This document shows positions 30,016 through 38,241 of a stretch of 64,000 bases of DNA, one piece after another. Within the stretch, counting starts at the first letter, position 1; the number at the start of each line of letters is the position of its first letter. Location: the NCBI GenBank assembly GCA_963848295.1, contig CAWKDB010000010.1, positions 96,001 to 160,000 of the forward strand, written 5' to 3'. The notes below the pieces were generated by a model. It searched no databases and had not been told where the DNA came from. It saw only the letters and a list, made by a program, of their open reading frames with translations. A program made the translations under genes and the position numbers. The stretch comes from an uncultured delta proteobacterium. Its GTDB lineage: Bacteria > Myxococcota_A > Polyangia > Haliangiales > Haliangiaceae.

Positions 30016-30025
30016 CGGGACTAAA

Positions 30026-30084
30026 GACGATGGTCCGAACCTCGCGTTCACGATTTTCGTGAACGTCGATCCGATACGGGCGTC
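30026..30084. promoter_or_regulatory. Back-to-back divergent ECF promoters
   Basis: Minus 30051-30026 and plus 30059-30084 both read GTGAAC-N16-CGTC; palindrome CGTTCACG-ATTTT-CGTGAACG. Confidence 0.7.
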
Positions 30085-30110
30085 GTTGTGGGCAGCAAAG
30101 GAGCCAAGTC

Positions 30111-30839
30111 ATGCGTCTGTCCGCCTTGTTAGTTGTCACTGCAGCGATCGCCCCGGCGGTTGCTTCGGCCGCCCCCACCACCCACGAGTGGAAGCTCGAC
30201 CGACCGGTCGTCAGTCGATTCTGGCCCGCGAAGGGTGACCCTGGCACGAAGGTCACGATTCATGGCCAGAACTTCGCGACCGATAGCGTCGTCGTGTGGG
30301 GCGGAGCCACCATTCCCGGAGCCCACGTCACGCCGACCGAGATCTCGTTCACTGTCCCGCACGGCGCGAAGACCGGAGAGCTCGAAGTTCGCGAAGGCGC
30401 GCACGAGCTACCGGTCGGGACGTACCAGGTCGAGCACTACGACGCCGCTCGCGATCTAGCGAAGCTCGACGCCGACCGCAAGCAGCAGGCCGAGGCTGCG
30501 TGGAAGACCCGCCAGGCCGCGCTCGCGAAGGACGCGACCGCGCGCGCGGCGGATCTCGCGAAGAAAGAACATGACCTCGAAGCGACGCGCGACAAACGAC
30601 GAGAGGTCGAGTTGTCCGAGCTGCGGACCAAGTGGCATGCGCCGGTGCTCGCTAACCCCGACGTCCAGGCCGAGCTCACCCTGCACGCTCAGCGCACCGC
30701 CGAGCTCGATCGCATGGATCGACTGGCCGCGGCAAAGGCCGACGGCAAGCTCGCCGTCCGCATCCAGGTCGCCTTGGCGAAGGAGAACGATCGCCACGAG
30801 CAGCGGATGTCCACCTTCCAGAACATGAGCAAGAAGTGA
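30111..30839 (+). CDS. Secreted IPT/TIG-domain protein with coiled-coil C-terminus
   Basis: Signal peptide; PVVSRFWPAKGDPGTKVTIHGQNF...ISFTVPHGAKTG; AAGGAG RBS. Confidence 0.8.
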   Translation: MRLSALLVVTAAIAPAVASAAPTTHEWKLDRPVVSRFWPAKGDPGTKVTIHGQNFATDSVVVWGGATIPGAHVTPTEISFTVPHGAKTGELEVREGAHELPVGTYQVEHYDAARDLAKLDADRKQQAEAAWKTRQAALAKDATARAADLAKKEHDLEATRDKRREVELSELRTKWHAPVLANPDVQAELTLHAQRTAELDRMDRLAAAKADGKLAVRIQVALAKENDRHEQRMSTFQNMSKK

Positions 30840-30847
30840 GGTCCGCC

Positions 30848-31159
30848 ATGAAATCGATCATCCTGGTGCTCGGCCTGGCCGCAGTCACCACCGGCTGCAA
30901 GAAAAAACACGCCGAAGAAGCGACCGCACCAGCGGCGGCGAACAACTCGATGAACGGCTCGGCCAACGGCTCGGCGATGGCGGGCAGCGGTAGCGCGGCT
31001 GCGATGGCCGCGGGGTCCGGCGCAACGGCGAGCGGGAGCGCGACGGCGCCGGCAGATCTGCCGACCTCGGTCGACTTCGAGGCCCAGGCGAGCAAAGATG
31101 TGACCGATTCCAACCTAGAGGCCAAGCTCGGCGCTCTCGAGAAACAGCTCGCAAACTGA
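30848..31159 (+). CDS. Small lipoprotein
   Basis: MKSIILVLGLAAVTTGC, low-complexity linker. Confidence 0.8.
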   Translation: MKSIILVLGLAAVTTGCKKKHAEEATAPAAANNSMNGSANGSAMAGSGSAAAMAAGSGATASGSATAPADLPTSVDFEAQASKDVTDSNLEAKLGALEKQLAN

Positions 31160-32505
31160 CGACACCAGCGGATTCCCAGGAACGAGCGCGGGTCCTCGCG
31201 CTCCTGAAGCGCTACGGCTGGAACGCGACGTCGTTCCAGATCCTCGAGCCTGGCTATCGCTATTGGTTCGACGGCGACGACGCGTGCGTCGGTTACGTCG
31301 ATACCGGCCGCGCGTGGGTCGTTGCGGGATCGCCGATCGGCCCGGCCGAGCGCATCGCCGGCGTGTGCGAGCGCTTCATCGCGCATGCCGCGGCGGCTCG
31401 ACGGCGCGTTTGCTGCTTCGGAACCGAGGCGCGGTTCAGCGAGGCGACTGGTTGGCCCGCGCTTCGAGTTGGCGACCAGCCGATCTGGGATCCGGCCGAG
31501 TGGACGCGCGTCGTCGGCGAAGGTCCGAGTCTACGCGAACAGCTCCGTCGCGCGCGCGCGAAGGGCGTCGTGGTGCGAGCCGTCGCCGAGTCCGAGCTAG
31601 CGCCCGATCATCCGACGCGCGCTCGTCTGGAGGTGGTGATCCGGAGGTGGCTCGCGACCAGGTCGATCGCGCCGATGGGCTTTCTCGTCCAGGTCGATCC
31701 GTTCACGTTTCCCGAGGAACGGCGTTGCTTCGTGGCCGAGCGCGACGGTGCGACCGTGGCGTTCCTCGGCATCATCCCGATCTACGAGCGCCGCGGCTGG
31801 TTCTTCGAGGATTTCCTGCGCGACCCGGAGGCACCGAATGGAACGGTCGAGCTGCTGGTCGACGCGGGGATGCGCGCCGCCGCGGCCGAGGCCGTTCCGT
31901 TCGTCACGCTCGGACTGGTACCGCTCGCCGGCGAGGTGACCTCTTGGCTGCGAGCGGTGCGCCGACTCGGCCGTTCGCTCTACGACTTCGACGGGCTGCG
32001 CGCGTTCAAGGCGAAGTTCAAGCCGAAGGCCTGGCATCCGATCTACATCTCGTATCCGCCTGACAAGCGCGGCATCGTCGCGCTGTTCGATACGCTGACC
32101 GCGTTCGCCCGCGGCGGGCTGCTCCGCTTCGGGCTCGAGACCTTGCTTCGAGGTCCCGCGGTCGTCGTGCGCGCGCTCGCCGCGGTGCTGGTCGCCTGGA
32201 CGTGCTTGCTCGCGCTACCGACCAGCGCGACGTATTTCCCGACGGCCGCTTGCCAGTGGGGTTGGGTCGGGTTCGACGTGCTGCTCGCGGTCGCGCTGTT
32301 CGCGCTGGCTCGACGATGGCGGCAACCCCTCGCCGACGTGGTGGCGACCGCGGTGACGATCGACGCCGCCGTGACGATCACGCAGGGCTTCGCGTACGAC
32401 CTACCGAGGCATTCGGCACCGGTCGACGTGATCGTGATCGCGATCGCGATGCTGGCGCCTTGCCTCGCGGCGCTTCTGCTGTGGAATGCGCGAGTTCACC
32501 GATGA
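31156..32505 (+). CDS. DUF2156 / MprF C-terminal-like aminoacyltransferase domain protein with C-terminal TMs (probable CTG start)
   Basis: RVLALLKRYGWNATSFQ...WVVAGSPIG lies upstream of ORF 31363; RDPEAPNGTVELL, YDFDGLRAFKAKFKP. Confidence 0.82.
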   Translation: MTTPADSQERARVLALLKRYGWNATSFQILEPGYRYWFDGDDACVGYVDTGRAWVVAGSPIGPAERIAGVCERFIAHAAAARRRVCCFGTEARFSEATGWPALRVGDQPIWDPAEWTRVVGEGPSLREQLRRARAKGVVVRAVAESELAPDHPTRARLEVVIRRWLATRSIAPMGFLVQVDPFTFPEERRCFVAERDGATVAFLGIIPIYERRGWFFEDFLRDPEAPNGTVELLVDAGMRAAAAEAVPFVTLGLVPLAGEVTSWLRAVRRLGRSLYDFDGLRAFKAKFKPKAWHPIYISYPPDKRGIVALFDTLTAFARGGLLRFGLETLLRGPAVVVRALAAVLVAWTCLLALPTSATYFPTAACQWGWVGFDVLLAVALFALARRWRQPLADVVATAVTIDAAVTITQGFAYDLPRHSAPVDVIVIAIAMLAPCLAALLLWNARVHR

Positions 32506-32532
32506 GCCTCTAAACCAGTCCGGAGACTCCAG

Positions 32533-33669
32533 ATGACCCGAACGAACGCTTGGTCACCGTGGCGCGCGGTTCTCGTTCTCTCGGTTACCGCGTGCAGCGG
32601 AGCCGGGGCGGTCGAGTACGTCAATGGCAAGTGCCTGATCCGCGGCGTCGTCTCCACCCTGCCCCAGGTGGAAGCCCGCCAGGCGGAGCTCACCCAGCAC
32701 ATTCTGTCGCGCCAGCCGATCCTCACCGGGATCGCGGTCGCCGCGGTCGTGATCGCGGGTGCGAGCTACGCCCAGCGCCTGTTCTCCGTGCTCGCGGCGC
32801 GGCGAGCGTCCGCGACGACGTTCGCGGAGCGTCTGCGCGCCCGCATGGAACGCTACAGCGCGCATCCGGTCCGTTACTTCTCGATCCTCGGCGGGATGCT
32901 CGCGATCCTGCTCGCCGCCGGCACCGCGTACATCCAGCTCGACGCCGACAAGCGGACGAGCGAGCGGGCTCTGACCACGCTCCAGTTCTGCCACCTCGCA
33001 CTGCGCACCGCGGACGAGCAGCGCGTGCTGACCCAGCAGCGCGACAACCTCGCGGCGATCCAATCGACCGCGGGTGACATCCGGGTGCTGGTCGACAAGC
33101 TGCCGCCGGCCGAGCAACAGAAGGCGCACGAGATCGTCAACTCGCTCACCGCTTCGCTCGGCCAACAGCGGGCGCTGGTGACCCGCTATGCCGCGCAAGC
33201 GGATGAATCGACCCGCGCGGTCCAGGAGCGCCAGGCCGATGTCGAGCGCGGCCTGTCGAAGCTCGACGGCGACGTCGGAACGCTGAAGGCCGTGCCCGAT
33301 CAGCTCGGGCGAATCGACGGTGCGCTACACGACGTCGGCGCCCGCAGCGATGATCTCGCCGGCAAGGTGGACTCCAACGGCGACCACCTCGAGACCATCG
33401 AGCGCATCGTCACCGACCTCGCGGCGCGGCCGGCACCCGTGTGCAACTGCGCGCCGCCGCCAATCGCCTCGGCGCCCGCGCCGGCCGAAGCGCACGCAGG
33501 ATCGGCGCACGTCACGGCGACACCCGCGAAGACGAGCGGGTCGCACGTCGCCGCGCCCGCGGTGGCCGCGCCGCCCGATCCGCCGGCGAAAGGCTCTGCA
33601 GCGCCCGCCGCGCCCGCCGTGCCGTCGGCGCCGAGCGGGCCACCGACGCCGGCCTCGTCGTCGCCGTGA
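32533..33669 (+). CDS. Hypothetical membrane/coiled-coil protein with Pro/Ala tail
   Basis: Lipobox-like SVTAC, two TMs, long coiled coil. Confidence 0.7.
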   Translation: MTRTNAWSPWRAVLVLSVTACSGAGAVEYVNGKCLIRGVVSTLPQVEARQAELTQHILSRQPILTGIAVAAVVIAGASYAQRLFSVLAARRASATTFAERLRARMERYSAHPVRYFSILGGMLAILLAAGTAYIQLDADKRTSERALTTLQFCHLALRTADEQRVLTQQRDNLAAIQSTAGDIRVLVDKLPPAEQQKAHEIVNSLTASLGQQRALVTRYAAQADESTRAVQERQADVERGLSKLDGDVGTLKAVPDQLGRIDGALHDVGARSDDLAGKVDSNGDHLETIERIVTDLAARPAPVCNCAPPPIASAPAPAEAHAGSAHVTATPAKTSGSHVAAPAVAAPPDPPAKGSAAPAAPAVPSAPSGPPTPASSSP

Positions 33670-33681
33670 CCGGCGGTCGTG

Positions 33682-34488
33682 CTACTGCAAGAACGCGAGC
33701 GGCAGCGAGTCGGTGATCAGGGGCTCGTAAGGCGCGAGCGCGGCCGCGACATCGGCGGTCCCGTCGCACGCGTCGTGGAAGTCGAACAGGACCCAGCCAC
33801 CGCCGCGCGTGCCGGCGCGCTGGACCGCGGCGATGCCCGAGCTCGGATTCTTGCGACAGCCGGCCTTGAACGTCGCGGCGGCGACCGCGACCTGCGTCAG
33901 GTCGGCATCCGGTGTTTCGCTGCCGACCGCGAGCAGGCTCTGGTCGCCGCCCGAGACCGCGATCGTGTCGTCGGTCGGATCGGCGGTGCCGGCGGTGTCG
34001 ACGTCGACGACCCAGGCGACCTCGTCGAGGCCCGCGCCGACCACGTCGCCGGTGCCGACCATGATGTCCTCTTCGCCGTACGCGATCGTCAGGTGGTCCG
34101 TGTTCCCCGGCGTGACCGTGAGCGCGCCGATCCCGACGACGAGCATCGGCTGCCCGCCCGAGGTCACGCCGGTGAAGTCCATCACGAACGTCGCGAGCTG
34201 TGGCGTCCACGCGCCGGTCACGACGACGGTGCCGGCGTCATCCGCGCCGAACATCGGCGGACAGCCCGCGCCCAGGTCGATCTCGACGCGCGCGGCGGCC
34301 CCCGGCGCGACCACGTTCGCGCACGGCGACGAGTCACCACCGAGCGCGGACATCGCGACCGCGGCGAAGTAGGCGGTGGGCACCGCGGCGCCGAGCGTGC
34401 TCTCGAGCGGCTGGACGATCTCGGTCGCGTCCGGCTTCGTACAACCGCCGAGCAGGGAGACCAACGCGATCGCTCGCAGCGCGTGCAT
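33682..34488 (-). CDS. Hypothetical lipoprotein
   Basis: LLGGC lipobox, beta-rich, paired Cys. Confidence 0.75.
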   Translation of the reverse strand: MHALRAIALVSLLGGCTKPDATEIVQPLESTLGAAVPTAYFAAVAMSALGGDSSPCANVVAPGAAARVEIDLGAGCPPMFGADDAGTVVVTGAWTPQLATFVMDFTGVTSGGQPMLVVGIGALTVTPGNTDHLTIAYGEEDIMVGTGDVVGAGLDEVAWVVDVDTAGTADPTDDTIAVSGGDQSLLAVGSETPDADLTQVAVAAATFKAGCRKNPSSGIAAVQRAGTRGGGWVLFDFHDACDGTADVAAALAPYEPLITDSLPLAFLQ

Positions 34489-34578
34489 CGCACCATCCTT
34501 GCACGCCCGAGCTCCGAGCCAGAGACTTATCGCGACGGAGCCCAGACTTCGCCGGCCCGCGTGACCGCTTTCACACGG

Positions 34579-35592
34579 CTAGAAACTGCCGGTGTACGCG
34601 AGGCCGGTGTCATCGTGGCCGACGTGCAGCGTGACGTGAGAGCTCTCCTTGTGATGCGGCGCGAGCAGCAGGTACGCACCCGCGACGATCAGCACGCCGC
34701 TGCCGATGCCCATGCCGATCGCGACCCCGCGCAGCGTGTGGCCATCCGACAGCTGTGACCTGGCCTTCGTGAGGTCCGCTGCGGTCGCGCACTTCGAGTC
34801 GGGGCACAGCGTGTGCTCGTCGTCGAACTTGCCCGCCGAGAGCTCGTAGACCACCGCGGTCCCGATCAGCGCCGCGACGCCGACGCCGCCCGCGATCACA
34901 CCGTAGCGCTTGCGATGGTCGGTGGGCTCGGTGTCGGTCAGCCTCGGCGCCGGCGCAGGCGTCGCGGCTGGCTCGGTCGTGTCCGGCGGCGCAGGCGGCG
35001 GTGCAGGCGCTGGCGTCGGAGCCGGCGCGGGTTCGGCGCGCGGTTGCATGCGGATGATGACGTCGACCGTGCCGTGCGGGCGATCGACCGGCGCCGACGC
35101 GTGGCCCTCGTAGCCCGGCGCGGTCGCGGTGACCTCGTGCGGGCCGACATCGACCCGAATATCGCCGGTGCTCGCGACCTCGACGCCGTCGACCTTGATG
35201 ACGAGGCCCTCGGGCCGCGGGTTGATCGCGAACCGCAGCTTCGGCGCGAGCGTCTCGAGCCGCGCCGCTTTCTCGCTCGAGGTCTTGGCCCGGCCCGCGT
35301 TCGAGTCCTTCTCGGCCGCCGCGCGATAGAGCCGCGCCGCCGCCATCAGCTTGCCGTCTTGCTCGTAGCAGTCGGCGAGATCGAGCTCGGTGGCGATCTT
35401 CGCGTCGAGCTTCTCGCTCGCTTCGAATGCCTGACACGCCTCGTGAACTCGACCGGCGCGCAGCGCGATCTGGCCGTGCTCGAGCGCCCCGGCCGCGGTG
35501 TCGTCCGGATCGGCGCCGGCGACGCTCGCGTCGGCGAGCAGCGTGGCCGCGAGCAGCAGTCGGGTCGTGGTCTTGATCGATAGCTTGGTCAT
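34579..35592 (-). CDS. TPR/PEGA-like secreted protein (myxobacterial type)
   Basis: Signal peptide, EACQAFEASEKLD..ELDLADCYEQ TPR-like, VDGVEV..VDVGPHEVTATAPGY, C-terminal hydrophobic hairpins. Confidence 0.8.
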   Translation of the reverse strand: MTKLSIKTTTRLLLAATLLADASVAGADPDDTAAGALEHGQIALRAGRVHEACQAFEASEKLDAKIATELDLADCYEQDGKLMAAARLYRAAAEKDSNAGRAKTSSEKAARLETLAPKLRFAINPRPEGLVIKVDGVEVASTGDIRVDVGPHEVTATAPGYEGHASAPVDRPHGTVDVIIRMQPRAEPAPAPTPAPAPPPAPPDTTEPAATPAPAPRLTDTEPTDHRKRYGVIAGGVGVAALIGTAVVYELSAGKFDDEHTLCPDSKCATAADLTKARSQLSDGHTLRGVAIGMGIGSGVLIVAGAYLLLAPHHKESSHVTLHVGHDDTGLAYTGSF

Positions 35593-35596
35593 GGGC

Positions 35597-36985
35597 CTAT
35601 TCCTTGGCGATCGGCTGGCGCGAGTTGCCGAACTTGTCCTTGCTCGGGCCGCGCTCGGCGTCGCCCTTGACGTCGAAGTTGATGTTGTTGACGCCCGCCT
35701 TGATCGTGATCTCGGACTCGGCGGGCTCCGCGCTGCGCTCGCTCCACACCCGCGCCTTGTACTTCCCGGGCGCGAGGCTGCGGAAGTCGAACGGGTTCGG
35801 GCCCTCGACCGGAACGTACGCGGGCGCATCGATGACGAAGATGAACGACGCCATCTTCGCGTGGACGTTGCAGCCGAGCCGGACCATGCCGGTCTTGTCG
35901 AACTTCATCTCGCGCGACTGGCCGTTCTTGTAGAGGCCGAGGTCGAACGATTGGGTCGGCGAGAGCGAGAACACGTTGTGATAGAAGTCGTCGTAGTTCG
36001 GGAACGCGACGGTCGAGCCCGGCGGCACCGCGAGCAGGTGCGGCGAGAACGTCTTGTTGCGCTGCTCGACGACGCGATGCTTCGCGGTGCGCTTCGCGTA
36101 CTTCTTGTGTTCCGGGTACAGCATGACCAGGCCGACGCCGTCGAGCGGCTTGCCGTCGACCGTGATCGAGCCTTGCAGCGAGCCCGGCAGCTTCGTCGCC
36201 GACGGATCATCCTCGTCGGAGCTCCCGACGATCTTCGGCTGCGGCGGCGTGTCCTTCGGCATCTGCGTGATCGGCGAGTCGATGCGCTTCGGTGCGCCTT
36301 CGCGGAACGTCGACGCCGCGGACGCGACGACGTCGGGGCCCATGATGATCTCGACGCGGCTGAACAGCTGGTCCGCGTAGTTGCGCTGGCCGCGCTTGGC
36401 CGCGATGATCGCGGCCTTCATCAGCTCGAGCGCGGTCTTGTCGGTGACCTTCCCGAGCACCGCGGTCGCCTTCGCGAGCTGCGCGTCGCTGACCGGCTTC
36501 AGCCGATTCTTCGGCGTCACGATCGACGGCTCGAGCGGACCGAGCGCGCCGAGCAGCTCGCCCTTCTCCTTCGCGGGCACCTTGAACTTGTCGAGCGTCG
36601 CGGCGAGGTCTTCGACCAGCGCGGTGAACTCTTCATCGACCAGCTCCATCCCGGCGTGCGAGGTCTCCATGTCTTGCCCGCTGTACTTGCACGGGCCGCC
36701 GGTCGCCATGCACACGAACTCGACGAGCAGGCTCTTGAGCCGCGGGATGTCGGTGTTGATGAAGCGGAGCTTGATCCGATCGTCGGCCGCGACGCGACCG
36801 ATGAAGTCGTCGACCACCGCGACGATCGCTCGTTGCCCGCCCAGCCGATCGTAGAGCTCGGGCTGAGCCGCGGCGGGTTTAGCGCTCGCCGGAGCGGTCG
36901 TCGCTGTCGTCGTCGACCTCGGTGCCGCCTTGGCGCCACCACAGGCCATCATCACCACGCACGAGAGTGCTGCGAGCTTCGTCAC
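35597..36985 (-). CDS. Lipoprotein: group I truncated hemoglobin fused to cupredoxin-like/carboxypeptidase-regulatory domain
   Basis: GTG 36985 after GAGGAGG; MMAC lipobox; LYDRLGG...GGPCKYSG.DM..SH (trHbN); QRNKTFSPH, HNVFS, LGCNVHAKM. Confidence 0.85.
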   Translation of the reverse strand: MTKLAALSCVVMMACGGAKAAPRSTTTATTAPASAKPAAAQPELYDRLGGQRAIVAVVDDFIGRVAADDRIKLRFINTDIPRLKSLLVEFVCMATGGPCKYSGQDMETSHAGMELVDEEFTALVEDLAATLDKFKVPAKEKGELLGALGPLEPSIVTPKNRLKPVSDAQLAKATAVLGKVTDKTALELMKAAIIAAKRGQRNYADQLFSRVEIIMGPDVVASAASTFREGAPKRIDSPITQMPKDTPPQPKIVGSSDEDDPSATKLPGSLQGSITVDGKPLDGVGLVMLYPEHKKYAKRTAKHRVVEQRNKTFSPHLLAVPPGSTVAFPNYDDFYHNVFSLSPTQSFDLGLYKNGQSREMKFDKTGMVRLGCNVHAKMASFIFVIDAPAYVPVEGPNPFDFRSLAPGKYKARVWSERSAEPAESEITIKAGVNNINFDVKGDAERGPSKDKFGNSRQPIAKE

Positions 36986-37004
36986 GATGCCTCCTCGGTC
37001 CTGG

Positions 37005-37298
37005 TTACTGGAACAGCACGCTGTAGGCGGCCGCGTTGTTGTCGTCGCCATCCGGATCCGGCAACGCCGAGAACGTGGAGTAGTCGGCGGGCGTCGGATC
37101 GCTGCTGTGGTTCTTGATCAGGTCGATCACGAACGACGTCAGCGTCGGGTTCGGCATCGAGCCGTCCGAGCCGGTCGTCAGCGCGTCCCCCGCGAGCGAG
37201 GGGTTGTCGTCGCCGCAGCCGGTAGATGCGAGCCCGAGCCCGACAGCGATAGCGATGCCAAAGCTCGCGCGGGCGAGCTGATTCCTCAATAACCTCAT
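37005..37298 (-). CDS. Small lipoprotein
   Basis: GGAG RBS; STGC lipobox; first gene of the globin operon. Confidence 0.75.
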   Translation of the reverse strand: MRLLRNQLARASFGIAIAVGLGLASTGCGDDNPSLAGDALTTGSDGSMPNPTLTSFVIDLIKNHSSDPTPADYSTFSALPDPDGDDNNAAAYSVLFQ

Positions 37299-37330
37299 GC
37301 GGTCTCCCTCGAGTAGTGGTGGACCCTCCA

Positions 37331-37358
37331 ACTACGACCGTCCCCGCCAGGTGGATCG
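37331..37358 (-). promoter_or_regulatory. Putative ECF promoter (second type)
   Basis: CGATCC-N16-CGTAGT. Confidence 0.5.
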
Positions 37359-37405
37359 GTGGTTGGAGCGACTACTCGGAGGCGTCGAGGCCGGTGGCCC
37401 CTCCG

Positions 37406-38134
37406 CTACTCGGTGACGGTGGTGTTCGTGAACGCGTTCGCGTGGGCGTTGATCACGTGCGACTTGAACGAAGCGCCGGCCATCGCCGCGCTGACCGTGA
37501 CGTCCCCGGGCGGGACGTTGATGCAGAACCCGGCGCCGTCGGTGCCGGTCGAGATCTTGCCACTGGGCGTGCCGCCGGCGGTGTAGCGGTACAAGCCCGA
37601 CGCGGGGTCGCTCTGCACCGTCGCGCCTGTGATCGCGTCGCCAGCCGCGTCCGTGATCTCCACGACGATGAAGCCATTGGTCGCGGTCTGGCCGGTGATG
37701 ATGCCGAGCAGCCCGAAGTCTCCCGTGCTGATGAGGTCGAGGTCGGTCGACGTGTCGGCCTGAAACGGCTTGGCCGGGTAGACGTAGTTGTCGACGTAGC
37801 CCGACAGCGTCGCCTTGATGAACGCATCGACGACCAGGCCGTCGGTCGTGACCGAGAACGAGTACGTGCCGTCCGCGGCCGACGTGGTCGACGCGATCGG
37901 CGTGGTGTCGTCGCCGACCTTGTACAAGCCGATCGCGACGTTCGCGAGCGGGCTGCTGCCGCTCTGCCCCTGGTCGGTCGCGGTGCCCGACATCGTGATC
38001 ATCGGCGGAACGAACGGCGGCGCATCGAGGAACACCCGCGCATCGATCGGTTTGCTATCGGGCGGACCCGCGTCCGTGGTGGCGTGGCTGGAGCCGCAAG
38101 CCGCGAGAATCACGAACGACGCGTACAACTTCAT
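37406..38134 (-). CDS. Lipoprotein with carboxypeptidase-regulatory-like beta-sandwich domains
   Basis: LAAC lipobox; TTSAADGTYSF; NVPPGDVTVSA. Confidence 0.78.
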   Translation of the reverse strand: MKLYASFVILAACGSSHATTDAGPPDSKPIDARVFLDAPPFVPPMITMSGTATDQGQSGSSPLANVAIGLYKVGDDTTPIASTTSAADGTYSFSVTTDGLVVDAFIKATLSGYVDNYVYPAKPFQADTSTDLDLISTGDFGLLGIITGQTATNGFIVVEITDAAGDAITGATVQSDPASGLYRYTAGGTPSGKISTGTDGAGFCINVPPGDVTVSAAMAGASFKSHVINAHANAFTNTTVTE

Positions 38135-38241
38135 GCGCGGCAGCGTGCACCCGGTCCGGCCCGCCAATTCTCACATTTCGCTAACATCGACTGGGACGGC
38201 GCCGTGCGTCTGACAGCACTGGCGGTTAAGCTGCCGCCGCA

